Positions 49,003-58,192 of a DNA stretch of 64,000 nt are shown here, in pieces. Each line of letters starts with the position of its first letter. The first letter of the stretch is position 1. A program made the translations under genes and the position numbers. The notes beneath the pieces are model-generated. The model was not told the origin of the DNA. It made no database searches and worked only from the letters and a program-made list of their open reading frames with translations. Origin of the DNA: a virus; IMG/VR virus record IMGVR_UViG_3300025141_000034, positions 61,025-125,024 of that record; one strand, given 5' to 3'.

Positions 49003-49187
49003 ATGAGTTCAGCGGAGCATCAGCAGGCGGGGGAGGACCAGCTACACCAGTTGGAACAGGTCCTGACGGCAGAGACTCTAGTGGAAAGGCTGCACGACAG
49101 AGAGCAATTGATGCTAATAGAAGATTCTTTGGTGGAGGAAAAAGCTCTGATTCCTGGATGGTTTATCCGACAAAGGGATACTAATTC

Positions 49188-49216
49188 TTGAACATTCGTG
49201 AATTTGGCTGTATGTT
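49188..49216 (+). promoter_or_regulatory. Sigma70-type promoter before SSB
   Basis: TTGAAC-N17-TATGTT. Confidence 0.5.
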
Positions 49217-49284
49217 TAAATTGTGATCTTGTTATATCACAAAAATATTGCCAATTTACCAGTTTAAAAATTTAGGAGGTTAAC

Positions 49285-50058
49285 ATGGCATTTGACAGAG
49301 AGGCCTTAAAGCGTCGGCTAGACGCCTTGAGTGGAAATAGAAGAAAGAAGTCTTCAACCTGGAGACCTACAGAGGGTGAGGATTCTACTATCCGCATTCT
49401 TTCATTTCCAGATAATGATGGTCAGCCGTTTAAGGAGCTTTGGTTCTACTATAATATCGGAAATAACCCAGGACTTCTTGCACCCTATCAGTTCGACGAC
49501 AAGGATCCAATTCAGGAGCTAATTACAAAGCTTCGTTCTGATGATAACCGTGAGTCCTATGAGCTTGCAAAGAAGCTTTATCCAAAGATGAGAGTCTACG
49601 CTCCAATTATCGTCCGAGGAGAGGAGGATAAAGGTGTTCAGATCTGGGGATTTGGAAAGATGGTATACCAGTCCCTTCTCAATATTATGCTTGATGAGGA
49701 CTATGGTGACATCACTGATCCAGAAAACGGTCGTGATGTCAAGGTTGTTTGTAATCGAGAGGCGGGAAGAAAGTGGGCAACAACTACTGTACGACCCAGG
49801 GGAAGGGTGTCTGACCTCTCATCCAATAAGAAGCAGGGGTCAGAGTGGATGACTAACATTCCTGATCCAACAAAGATGTATGAGTGTAGATCCTATGACG
49901 AACTCACGAAGATCGTTAATGACTGGCTAAACGCTGACACGGACGATGACTCAACAGGAACAAGTATGGGCGGTCCATCAGACAAGCCTAGTACAAGTGA
50001 TTCGACAGGGTCTGGCTATAAGTCATTAGATGCTGCCTTTGCTGATCTAATGGATTAG
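49285..50058 (+). CDS. Single-stranded DNA-binding protein (T4 gp32-like)
   Basis: WRP....IRIL, GVQIWGFGK, DITDPENGRD, acidic tail DAAFADLMD; SD AGGAGG. Confidence 0.88.
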   Translation: MAFDREALKRRLDALSGNRRKKSSTWRPTEGEDSTIRILSFPDNDGQPFKELWFYYNIGNNPGLLAPYQFDDKDPIQELITKLRSDDNRESYELAKKLYPKMRVYAPIIVRGEEDKGVQIWGFGKMVYQSLLNIMLDEDYGDITDPENGRDVKVVCNREAGRKWATTTVRPRGRVSDLSSNKKQGSEWMTNIPDPTKMYECRSYDELTKIVNDWLNADTDDDSTGTSMGGPSDKPSTSDSTGSGYKSLDAAFADLMD

Positions 50059-50065
50059 TAATTAA

Positions 50066-50102
50066 ACGAGGAGAGGGGGTAATCTCCTCTCCTCGTGGTT
50101 TT
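50066..50102 (+). terminator. Terminator-like hairpin after SSB
   Basis: ACGAGGAGAGG...CCTCTCCTCGT followed by GGTTTT. Confidence 0.7.
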
Positions 50103-50136
50103 AAACTACTATTTCTAAACATCAGGAGGGTATATT

Positions 50137-51279
50137 TTGTCAAAGTCAGTAGATTTTACTAGTGATCTTATTAAGTCACTGAATAAGGAGCACGGAAGCC
50201 GTGTAGCATATAATCTAAGTCAGGACATGTCTCCCACACATGTAAAACGATGGATTAGCACTGGCTCTAAGCTTTTAGACTATATTTGTTCAAATAGAAG
50301 AGATGGCGGGCTTCCAGAGGGAAGAATTATTGAAATATTTGGTCCGCCGTCAATAGGAAAGTCTCACATCGCCACACAAATAGCACGTACCACCCAGAAT
50401 ATGGGTGGAATAGTTGTGTATATTGACACTGAAAACGCCACATCTGTTGAAAATTTAAAGATGCTTGGAGTTGATGTCTCCAATAGATTTGTCTACGTTG
50501 ACACACACTGCACAGAAGAGGTTCTTTCTATTGCTGAAGCGACTATCATGAAGGCAAAGGCAATGGACAAGGATATTCCGGTAACTATTGTATGGGACTC
50601 TGTGGCTGCATCTTCTCCAAAGGCAGAGCTTCTAGGAGACTATGACAAAGAGTCAATAGGGCTACAGGCACGTGCGATTTCTAAGGGAATGAGAAAGATA
50701 ACCGGCGTCATTGCAAATCAGAATGTACTGTTCGTAATTCTTAATCAGATAAGAACTAAGATTGGCGTGATGTATGGTGATCCTGATACAACACCAGGTG
50801 GGAAAGCGATCCCATTTCACGCGTCAACAAGAATCAAGCTAGGGGCTGGGCAGCAGATAAAGGACGGCGACGATGTCATTGGAATCCATGTCTCAGCAAA
50901 GACTATTAAAAATAAAGTAGCACCCCCATTCAGAAAGATTGACTTTGAGATTCACTTTGGTGTAGGAATTAAAGAGCATGAGCAGGTTTTCGATCTATTG
51001 AGAAAAAACGGTGCTGAGGCAATTGGTAAAAATCGTGTAGGTGTTTCTGGAACAGGATCCTGGAAAACATTTTCTGTGATAGATTGTGATACAGGTGAAT
51101 CTATTATTGAGAAGAAATTTCATAAATCAGACTTTAATGACATAATGATGAATCAAGAGTATAAAGGATATATTGACGACCTTTTAGAGGCTGTAATGGT
51201 TAAGAAGTTTAGTGAGGATCCTGACATTGACATTGAATCGTATGAAGAGGTTAGGTCAATAGCTCTAGAGGCTGAGTAG
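50137..51279 (+). CDS. recA: RecA/UvsX recombinase
   Basis: ISTGS, GGLPEGRIIEIFGPPSIGKS, IVWDSVAA, LNQIR, TPGGKA. Confidence 0.95.
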   Translation: MSKSVDFTSDLIKSLNKEHGSRVAYNLSQDMSPTHVKRWISTGSKLLDYICSNRRDGGLPEGRIIEIFGPPSIGKSHIATQIARTTQNMGGIVVYIDTENATSVENLKMLGVDVSNRFVYVDTHCTEEVLSIAEATIMKAKAMDKDIPVTIVWDSVAASSPKAELLGDYDKESIGLQARAISKGMRKITGVIANQNVLFVILNQIRTKIGVMYGDPDTTPGGKAIPFHASTRIKLGAGQQIKDGDDVIGIHVSAKTIKNKVAPPFRKIDFEIHFGVGIKEHEQVFDLLRKNGAEAIGKNRVGVSGTGSWKTFSVIDCDTGESIIEKKFHKSDFNDIMMNQEYKGYIDDLLEAVMVKKFSEDPDIDIESYEEVRSIALEAE

Positions 51280-51288
51280 GAAGTAGAT

Positions 51289-52266
51289 GTGAGTCAGATT
51301 AGGCCTGTCGTTTTAGTTGACGCCTTCAATCTTTTTATTCGACACTTTGTTGCACATCCAGCAATGAATGACCATGGAAGTCATGTCGGAGGAATTGTTG
51401 GGTTTATTAATGCTCTAAGGAGAATTAGCTCTGAGATGACACCTTCAGACATCGTAGTTGTGTGGGAAGGTGGGGGCTCAAAGAAGAGAAGAGATATCTT
51501 ATCTACATACAAGATGAGCAGAAGACCTCAGAAGCTAAATAGATTTTATGATGATGAGAATATTCCAAACACAATTGAGAATAGGAATGATCAAGTTGCT
51601 TTTTTGATAGAAGCTATAAAGATGCTACCTGTGATCCAAGCGTATATTCCTGACTGTGAGGCAGATGATGTTATCGGCTATCTTTCAAGATATAAGTTTA
51701 GAAATATGAACAAAGTTATAGTATCTTCTGATAGAGACTATTATCAGCTTTTAGATGAGAAGACAATAATATACTCACCAACATGGAAAAGATTTGTCAC
51801 AAAGAAAGAGGTGATTAATAAGTTTAACATCAGTGCCTCAAATTTTTGTCTTGCTAAGTCGATTTGCGGAGATCCCTCCGACAACATCAAAGGTGTAAAG
51901 GGCGCAGGATTTAAAACAATTTCTAAACGATTTCCAGATCTTTCAGGAGAGAGTGACTGTACAATCTCAGAGGTGCTGGAAATTTCTAAGAAAAAACTAC
52001 AAGAGAAAAACTCACCTAAGATCTTCAAAGAAATAGTTAATAATGAGAGACTGATTAGAAGAAATTGGAAGCTAACATATCTTGACACATCAAATCTTGC
52101 ACCCACACAAATTGAAAAAATTGAAAATTGTATTGATACTTTTAGCCCTTCACCTAATAAAATATCACTAATCAGGATGATGATAAAGAATGGAATTCAG
52201 AATCTTGATATTGATCAACTATTTTTATCGATGAGGAATATTGGAAAACGTAATAATGATGAGTGA
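51289..52266 (+). CDS. 5'-3' exonuclease/flap endonuclease (T4 RNase H-like)
   Basis: LVDAFN, YK..R, EADDVI, SSDRDY, GDPSDNIKGVKGAG. Confidence 0.92.
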   Translation: MSQIRPVVLVDAFNLFIRHFVAHPAMNDHGSHVGGIVGFINALRRISSEMTPSDIVVVWEGGGSKKRRDILSTYKMSRRPQKLNRFYDDENIPNTIENRNDQVAFLIEAIKMLPVIQAYIPDCEADDVIGYLSRYKFRNMNKVIVSSDRDYYQLLDEKTIIYSPTWKRFVTKKEVINKFNISASNFCLAKSICGDPSDNIKGVKGAGFKTISKRFPDLSGESDCTISEVLEISKKKLQEKNSPKIFKEIVNNERLIRRNWKLTYLDTSNLAPTQIEKIENCIDTFSPSPNKISLIRMMIKNGIQNLDIDQLFLSMRNIGKRNNDE

Positions 52267-53650
52267 ATTTGCTTCTGAGGGTGTATCACACTTTAAACAA
52301 TACGGTAAGTCATTTCAGGAGAAAATCTTTCAGTGTTTGATCACTGATAGAAACTGGGCAACCCAGATGACTGAGGTTATGACCCCATCGTACTTTGACC
52401 TTAAATATCTTAGATATTTAACAGAGAAATATTTCTCATATCACTCAAAGTATAAGGACTTTCCCACTCTGCCTCTCTTAATTACAATTATTAGAGATGA
52501 TCTTAGAGAGGGAAAAGATATTATCATAAGAGATCAGATTGTTGAATTTCTGCATAGAGTTCGGATGAATCCAGCAATAGGGGATCTTCAATTTGTCAAG
52601 GACAAATCACTTGATTTTTGTAAGCAGCAGGCGATGAAAGAAGCACTGGAGGAGGCTGTTGAAAGAATCTCTGATGGAAAGCTTGAGTCTGTGATGGACC
52701 TAATGAGGCATGCCCTTTCTGTGGGAATTCCAGCATCTATCGGTCATGATTTTATGGAGGATGTTGAGGCTAGGCTTGTTCACATAAGCAGAAATACATG
52801 TCCAACAGGAATCCCTCAGCTTGACAGAAAGGATATTTTGAATGGTGGACTCGGACGAGGCGAGATAGGTGTTGTTGTAGCAAATACTGGGGTGGGAAAG
52901 AGTCACTTTCTCGTTAGCATCGGAGCAGAGGCACTCCGTAGAGGAAAGAATGTAGTACACTATACATTTGAACTTTCAGAAACAGCTGTCGGTCTAAGGT
53001 ATGATTCTAATTTTTGTAATATTCCAAGTAATGAGGTAGTCAGTAGAAAGAAAGAAGTTCTTAAACAATATGAAGAAATGGATCTTGGAAGATTAATTAT
53101 TAAAGAATACCCAACAGGATCTGCGACTGTAATGATGATTAGAAACCATCTTGAGAAACTATCTCTTAAGGGATTCGTGCCAAGCTTAGTCATAATAGAC
53201 TATGCTGATATCATGAGATCATCTAGAAAGTATGACTCTCTTAGACATGAACTTAAATTAATCTATGAGGAATTAAGAAATCTTTCAATGGATATGAACA
53301 TTCCTACATGGACAGCCTCTCAGGCAAATAGAGACTCAGCTAATTCTGACATTGTTGGTCTTGAAAATATGTCTGAAGCCTACGGAAAAGCCATGGTTGC
53401 TGATGTTGTCATTTCACTTTCTAGAAAGCCCATAGAGAAATCAAGCGGCATTGGTAGAATGTTTATTGCAAAAAATAGAGCTGGAAGAGATGGCATTCTA
53501 TTTCCTATAAAAATGGACACTGCAAGATCAAAAATCATTGTTGTCGACAGTGATGATGAAATGACTCTCTCTGAGGCATTGAGTTCTGACAATAATGACA
53601 TGAAGACCATATTGCGGAATAAGTGGAAAGAGATTAACAGTGATAGTTAG
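52256..53650 (+). CDS. dnaB: Replicative DNA helicase (T4 gp41/DnaB-like)
   Basis: Walker A ANTGVGKS, IIDYAD, WTASQANR, KNRAG. Confidence 0.93.
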   Translation: MMSEFASEGVSHFKQYGKSFQEKIFQCLITDRNWATQMTEVMTPSYFDLKYLRYLTEKYFSYHSKYKDFPTLPLLITIIRDDLREGKDIIIRDQIVEFLHRVRMNPAIGDLQFVKDKSLDFCKQQAMKEALEEAVERISDGKLESVMDLMRHALSVGIPASIGHDFMEDVEARLVHISRNTCPTGIPQLDRKDILNGGLGRGEIGVVVANTGVGKSHFLVSIGAEALRRGKNVVHYTFELSETAVGLRYDSNFCNIPSNEVVSRKKEVLKQYEEMDLGRLIIKEYPTGSATVMMIRNHLEKLSLKGFVPSLVIIDYADIMRSSRKYDSLRHELKLIYEELRNLSMDMNIPTWTASQANRDSANSDIVGLENMSEAYGKAMVADVVISLSRKPIEKSSGIGRMFIAKNRAGRDGILFPIKMDTARSKIIVVDSDDEMTLSEALSSDNNDMKTILRNKWKEINSDS

Positions 53651-53688
53651 TCTGCAGTAAATTTTAAAAATATTGGAGAAACAGGTAT

Positions 53689-56148
53689 ATGAATAAACTC
53701 GATGATGTTATTAGTGCCTCAACAGAGTATTTTGGCGGTGATGACCTAGCGGCAAGCGTATTTTCTACAAAATATGCGCTGTGTGATAGATCTGGAAATT
53801 ATCATGAAAAAACTCCTGATGATATGCACAGAAGAATAGCACGTGAGTTTTCAAGAATTGAAAATAAATATCTTAATCCGATGCCTGAGGAGGAAATCTA
53901 TGGATTGCTTAAGGATTTTAAGTATGTTGTTCCTCAAGGCTCTCCAATGGCTGGTATTGGTAATAATAATCAAATTCAGTCAATTTCCAATTGTTTTGTC
54001 ATTGAGTCCCCTCACGACTCCTACGGGGGAATTTTAAAGTCAGATCAAGAATTAGTTCAGATAGCAAAGAGACGCGGCGGCGTAGGATTTGATATCTCAA
54101 CACTAAGGCCTAAGGGCCTATCTACTGGGAATGCTGCAAGAACTACTGATGGAATAGAAGTCTTTATGGAAAGATTTTCTAACTCTACTAGAGAGGTTGC
54201 ACAGGGAGGAAGAAGAGGGGCATTAATGATAACTATTTCTGTTCATCATCCTCAAATTGAAGACTTTATAAATATCAAGAGAGATAGAAAGAAGGTCACA
54301 GGTGCTAATATTTCCATAAGGCTTTCTGATGAATTTTTAACTGCAGTTAGGGAAAGAGCTGATTTTCATCTAAGATTTCCAGTTGAGAAAGATGCTCATC
54401 ACATAGTTGAGAGATGGCGAGATGCTAATGAAATCTGGAATCAAATTATTGAAGCTGCTCATGACTCTGCAGAGCCTGGTTTAATTTTTTGGGATTCTGT
54501 TATTAGAAATTCACCTGCAGATATTTATTCTGATGAAGGGTATGGAACAACATCTACAAACCCATGCTCAGAGCTTCCCCTTGCCCCCTACGATTCTTGC
54601 AGGCTGATGCTTGTCAATCTTATATCATTTGTTGACAATCCGTTTACACAAGATGCGTCATTTAATTTTGAAAAATTTTCTGATTGTTCAGTCAAAGCTC
54701 AGCGTCTTATGGATGACATGATTGATCTTGAAGTTGAACAAATTGATAAAATTATTAAAAAAATTAAAAATGATCCAGAGCCTGGAAATGTTAAAAAAAT
54801 TGAAAGAGATATGTGGAGAACAATTCGAGATAAAGCATTGACAGGACGAAGAACCGGACTGGGTGTGACCGCAGTTGGAGATACACTTGCTTCTCTCGGA
54901 ATACGGTACGGAAGTGAAAAATCTATAAGTGTAGTGGAAAAGATATATAAGACGCTCGCTGTCAGTGCCTATAGATCATCATGTATTATGGCAAAAGAGA
55001 GAGGTCCCTTCCCAATTCACAATCACATCAGAGAAGAGGGGCATCCATTCTTAGAGAGAATATGGGCTGAATGCGAGAAGACGCGCACTATGAATAAAGT
55101 GTCAGGTCGGAGGAATATTTCAATTTTAACAACAGCACCTGCTGGGTCTGTATCAACGTTAACACAGACAACGAGTGGCATTGAACCAGCATTTATGCTA
55201 AAGTATACTAGAAGAAGAAAGATTAGTCAGCTATCTGAGGGTGTACAGGCTGACTTTATAGACGATTTAGGCGATTCATGGAAAGAGTATGATGTATACC
55301 ATCATGGATTTAAAAAGTGGATGGATATTTCTGGACAGTCTGAGATTGAAGCTTCGCCGTACTATATGTCAACAGCAAATGAAATAGACTGGAAGTCTAG
55401 AGTTAAGCTTCAAGCTGCTGCTCAAAGGTGGATTGACCATGGAATCTCTTCTACAATTAATCTTCCCAGCTCTGCAGAAGTTGAAGAAGTTAAGCAAATT
55501 TATGAGGCAGGATGGGAGCTAGGGTGTAAGGGAATAACTGTTTATCGTGACGGGTGTAGAACCGGAGTTCTAATTAATTCAGATTCTAAAAATAATAAAA
55601 AAATAAACTCTCATGAGTCTCAAAGACCCAAAGAACTTGAGTGTTCAATTCACCATGCAACCATTAAGGGTGAGGCATGGACAATACTTGTTGGCATCCT
55701 GGGAGGGAGGCCCTATGAGATCATGGGAGGCCTTCAGCGGTATATAGAGACACCAAAGAAATTTAAAAAAGGTGTGATCATTAAGCACCCGTACAAGACA
55801 AAGAATTCTAGATATGATCTAAGAATTGGTGGAGAGGAAGACGAAATATTAATCAAAGATATTGTTGCTGTATTTGATAATCCCAATCATGCAGGATTTA
55901 CAAGAACTATTTCTCTCGCACTTCGTCATGGCGCGCCAATTCAATATGTAGTTGAACAGCTACAGAAAGATAGAGAAACGGACATATTTTCATTCTCTAG
56001 AGTTATTGCACGTGTTTTAAAGACCTATATACAGGATGGAACAGCACCTGGAAAAAATATCTGTGAAAGCTGTGATGCAAAAGATTCCCTCCGATATCAG
56101 GAGGGGTGTGTCACATGCATGTCTTGCGGATACTCTAAGTGCTCTTAA
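53689..56148 (+). CDS. nrdJ: Class II (adenosylcobalamin-dependent) ribonucleotide reductase
   Basis: SNCFV, GGRRGA, EPG, TNPCSE, RRTGLG, TAPAGS, SGIEP, KGITVYRDG; C-terminal CxxC...CxxC; no beta subunit gene adjacent. Confidence 0.88.
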   Translation: MNKLDDVISASTEYFGGDDLAASVFSTKYALCDRSGNYHEKTPDDMHRRIAREFSRIENKYLNPMPEEEIYGLLKDFKYVVPQGSPMAGIGNNNQIQSISNCFVIESPHDSYGGILKSDQELVQIAKRRGGVGFDISTLRPKGLSTGNAARTTDGIEVFMERFSNSTREVAQGGRRGALMITISVHHPQIEDFINIKRDRKKVTGANISIRLSDEFLTAVRERADFHLRFPVEKDAHHIVERWRDANEIWNQIIEAAHDSAEPGLIFWDSVIRNSPADIYSDEGYGTTSTNPCSELPLAPYDSCRLMLVNLISFVDNPFTQDASFNFEKFSDCSVKAQRLMDDMIDLEVEQIDKIIKKIKNDPEPGNVKKIERDMWRTIRDKALTGRRTGLGVTAVGDTLASLGIRYGSEKSISVVEKIYKTLAVSAYRSSCIMAKERGPFPIHNHIREEGHPFLERIWAECEKTRTMNKVSGRRNISILTTAPAGSVSTLTQTTSGIEPAFMLKYTRRRKISQLSEGVQADFIDDLGDSWKEYDVYHHGFKKWMDISGQSEIEASPYYMSTANEIDWKSRVKLQAAAQRWIDHGISSTINLPSSAEVEEVKQIYEAGWELGCKGITVYRDGCRTGVLINSDSKNNKKINSHESQRPKELECSIHHATIKGEAWTILVGILGGRPYEIMGGLQRYIETPKKFKKGVIIKHPYKTKNSRYDLRIGGEEDEILIKDIVAVFDNPNHAGFTRTISLALRHGAPIQYVVEQLQKDRETDIFSFSRVIARVLKTYIQDGTAPGKNICESCDAKDSLRYQEGCVTCMSCGYSKCS

Positions 56149-56166
56149 AGGAATGAATATTTTACA

Positions 56167-56769
56167 ATGAAGTGGACAACAAAAATATCTGATCTTGTTA
56201 AAGAGGTGGAGCTAAGAAAGAATCCAGTAATCATTACTGTTAATAAGTTTGATGAAAAATCAGCTAAGGAATTTCAGCAGCAAGTCGCCCAGGCTCATAA
56301 TACAGGACAGAATGTAATTCCCATTGTTATAGACTCTTACGGCGGACAAGTTTATAGTTTGATGTCAATGATAAGCGCAATTAATCATGCAGAACTTCCA
56401 GTTGCTACTATTGTTGAGGGAAAGGCAATGTCTTGTGGCGCAATTCTATTTTCTTTTGGAGAGCAAGGATTACGATTTATGGATCCAGATGCCACAGTAA
56501 TGATTCACGATGTTTCATCAATGAAGCATGGAAAAGTTGAAGAGATAAAGGCATCTACAGAAGAGATGGAAAGATTAAATCAAAAAGTCTACACAATGAT
56601 GGCTAGAAATTGTGGAAAAAAAGATGATTATTTTCTTAAGCTAGTCCATAAGAAAGGTCACGCAGACTGGTTTTTAGATGCAACAGAAGCTAAGCGACAT
56701 GGAATGGCAAATCAGATAAGAGTTCCTAAGTTTAATATCAATATTTCAGTTGACATAGACTTTGAGTGA
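56167..56769 (+). CDS. clpP: ClpP-like serine protease
   Basis: IDSYGG, AMSCGA (catalytic Ser), VMIHD (His), DWFLDATEA (Asp). Confidence 0.88.
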   Translation: MKWTTKISDLVKEVELRKNPVIITVNKFDEKSAKEFQQQVAQAHNTGQNVIPIVIDSYGGQVYSLMSMISAINHAELPVATIVEGKAMSCGAILFSFGEQGLRFMDPDATVMIHDVSSMKHGKVEEIKASTEEMERLNQKVYTMMARNCGKKDDYFLKLVHKKGHADWFLDATEAKRHGMANQIRVPKFNINISVDIDFE

Positions 56770-56772
56770 AAA

Positions 56773-57693
56773 ATGGATAAAGTATTTTATAATAAATCAT
56801 CTTCTTTAAGTCTTGGCTGGGATCCTAACTGGTTTGGGTGCGATCATTTTGACGATACATTGACATCTGCTGTTAGAAAGTGGCAAAAAGAAAGCGGATT
56901 AACAGCAGACGGTCTTGTAGGTCCGGCTACATATAGAAGGATTTGGACAGAGAGAGAGTCTGAAATATCTATCTTTAAACCGTCGAGCAGAAATTTTGAT
57001 TCAAATCGCTGGATAGTTCACAATGGAAAGTTTATTCCCATTGAATGGAATAAGGTTATTCTTTGGGATGAAGATTGCGGACTTGATACAAAGAAGGGAA
57101 ACTATTATGACTATTCGGGAAAGCCTGAAAGAAAGCCAACATTCTTTGTTAATCACTGGGATGTCTGCTTATCATCAGAGTCATGTGCAGGTGTTCTAAA
57201 AAGAAGAGGAGCATCTGTTCACTTTTGTATTGATAATGATGGAACAATTTATCAGCTTTTAGATACACAACATGGCGCATGGCACGCAGGCGGTCAAAAG
57301 TGGAATCAAAAATCTATTGGCGTGGAGATATCAAATGCGTATTATACAAAGTATCAAAGCTGGTATGAGAAAAATGGCCTGGGATCTAGGCCAGTTTTGG
57401 AGGATTCATGGACCCATGGGAATAAGCATAAGCCTCATCTCGGATTTTATCCAGTACAGGTTGAGGCAGCGCGAGCACTGTGGAAAGCAATCCACATCGG
57501 ACACGGAATACCATTAGAGTGTCCGCTAAGAGATGGTCAGATGTTGACGGGTGTGTCTTCAGAAGCTGCTAAGGGAAAGTTTGAAGGATTTATTCATCAT
57601 TATCATCTCACAAGAAGGAAGATAGATTGTGGAGGATTTGACTTAGTGCCAAATCTCCAAATTGTAAGACAGTCGCCTATGTATTGTCTATAG
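56773..57693 (+). CDS. N-acetylmuramoyl-L-alanine amidase with N-terminal peptidoglycan-binding domain (endolysin-like)
   Basis: AVRKWQ..GLTADGLVGPAT; VNHWD, SVHFCID, AWHAG, IGVE, H...KIDC. Confidence 0.88.
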   Translation: MDKVFYNKSSSLSLGWDPNWFGCDHFDDTLTSAVRKWQKESGLTADGLVGPATYRRIWTERESEISIFKPSSRNFDSNRWIVHNGKFIPIEWNKVILWDEDCGLDTKKGNYYDYSGKPERKPTFFVNHWDVCLSSESCAGVLKRRGASVHFCIDNDGTIYQLLDTQHGAWHAGGQKWNQKSIGVEISNAYYTKYQSWYEKNGLGSRPVLEDSWTHGNKHKPHLGFYPVQVEAARALWKAIHIGHGIPLECPLRDGQMLTGVSSEAAKGKFEGFIHHYHLTRRKIDCGGFDLVPNLQIVRQSPMYCL

Positions 57694-57697
57694 TTTT

Positions 57698-58114
57698 GTG
57701 AGAAATAAATTGGAACTTGTATCGACGCATGTTTGTAAAACACAAAATCTCGGTATGCATGGCAACCTCTTCGGCGGAGTAATGCTTTCCTGGCTGGATG
57801 AGGCTGGAGCAGCATTCACGTCCCAGGTGTGCGGAACACCAAGGATGGTGACTAAGTCAATTTCTGAAGTAGTGTTTCAGAAGCCAGTTAGAGCTGGACA
57901 GATCATTAAGGTATACGCTGATGTTGTAAGAATTGGAGAATCATCAATTACAATTAGGCTGGAAGCTAGAAGGCATAGTGTGTATAACGGATCACAGAGA
58001 AATGTTGTCTCTGTTGATATGGTTTTTGTCAGAATAGACGGTGATGGTGAGCCTGTTCCAATTAAGACAATTAGGTCTGACTATCAGGATAGAAGATCTG
58101 AAAAGGAACAGTAA
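57698..58114 (+). CDS. Hotdog-fold acyl-CoA thioesterase (YciA-like)
   Basis: HGNLFGGVMLSWLDEAG, VVFQKPVRAG, FVRID..G.P. Confidence 0.85.
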   Translation: MRNKLELVSTHVCKTQNLGMHGNLFGGVMLSWLDEAGAAFTSQVCGTPRMVTKSISEVVFQKPVRAGQIIKVYADVVRIGESSITIRLEARRHSVYNGSQRNVVSVDMVFVRIDGDGEPVPIKTIRSDYQDRRSEKEQ

Positions 58115-58192
58115 GCTTTTTAACAACAGAAGATAGAGATGGTACTTTTATGAAACATCTGTGATCTTTTTTGTTATCATCTTGGGGTAAAA

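Noticed and set aside
49003-49191. ORF-track 62-aa ORF, or TAG readthrough/recoding at 49000
   Set aside because: It looks like a shadow of the -1 frame, which has more typical codon usage. TAG terminates many intact genes elsewhere in the window, so there is no sign of amber recoding.
8829-56148. Inteins or introns in terL, recA, helicase or nrdJ
   Set aside because: The ORFs are continuous and of normal size, with no intein splice motifs or homing endonucleases seen.
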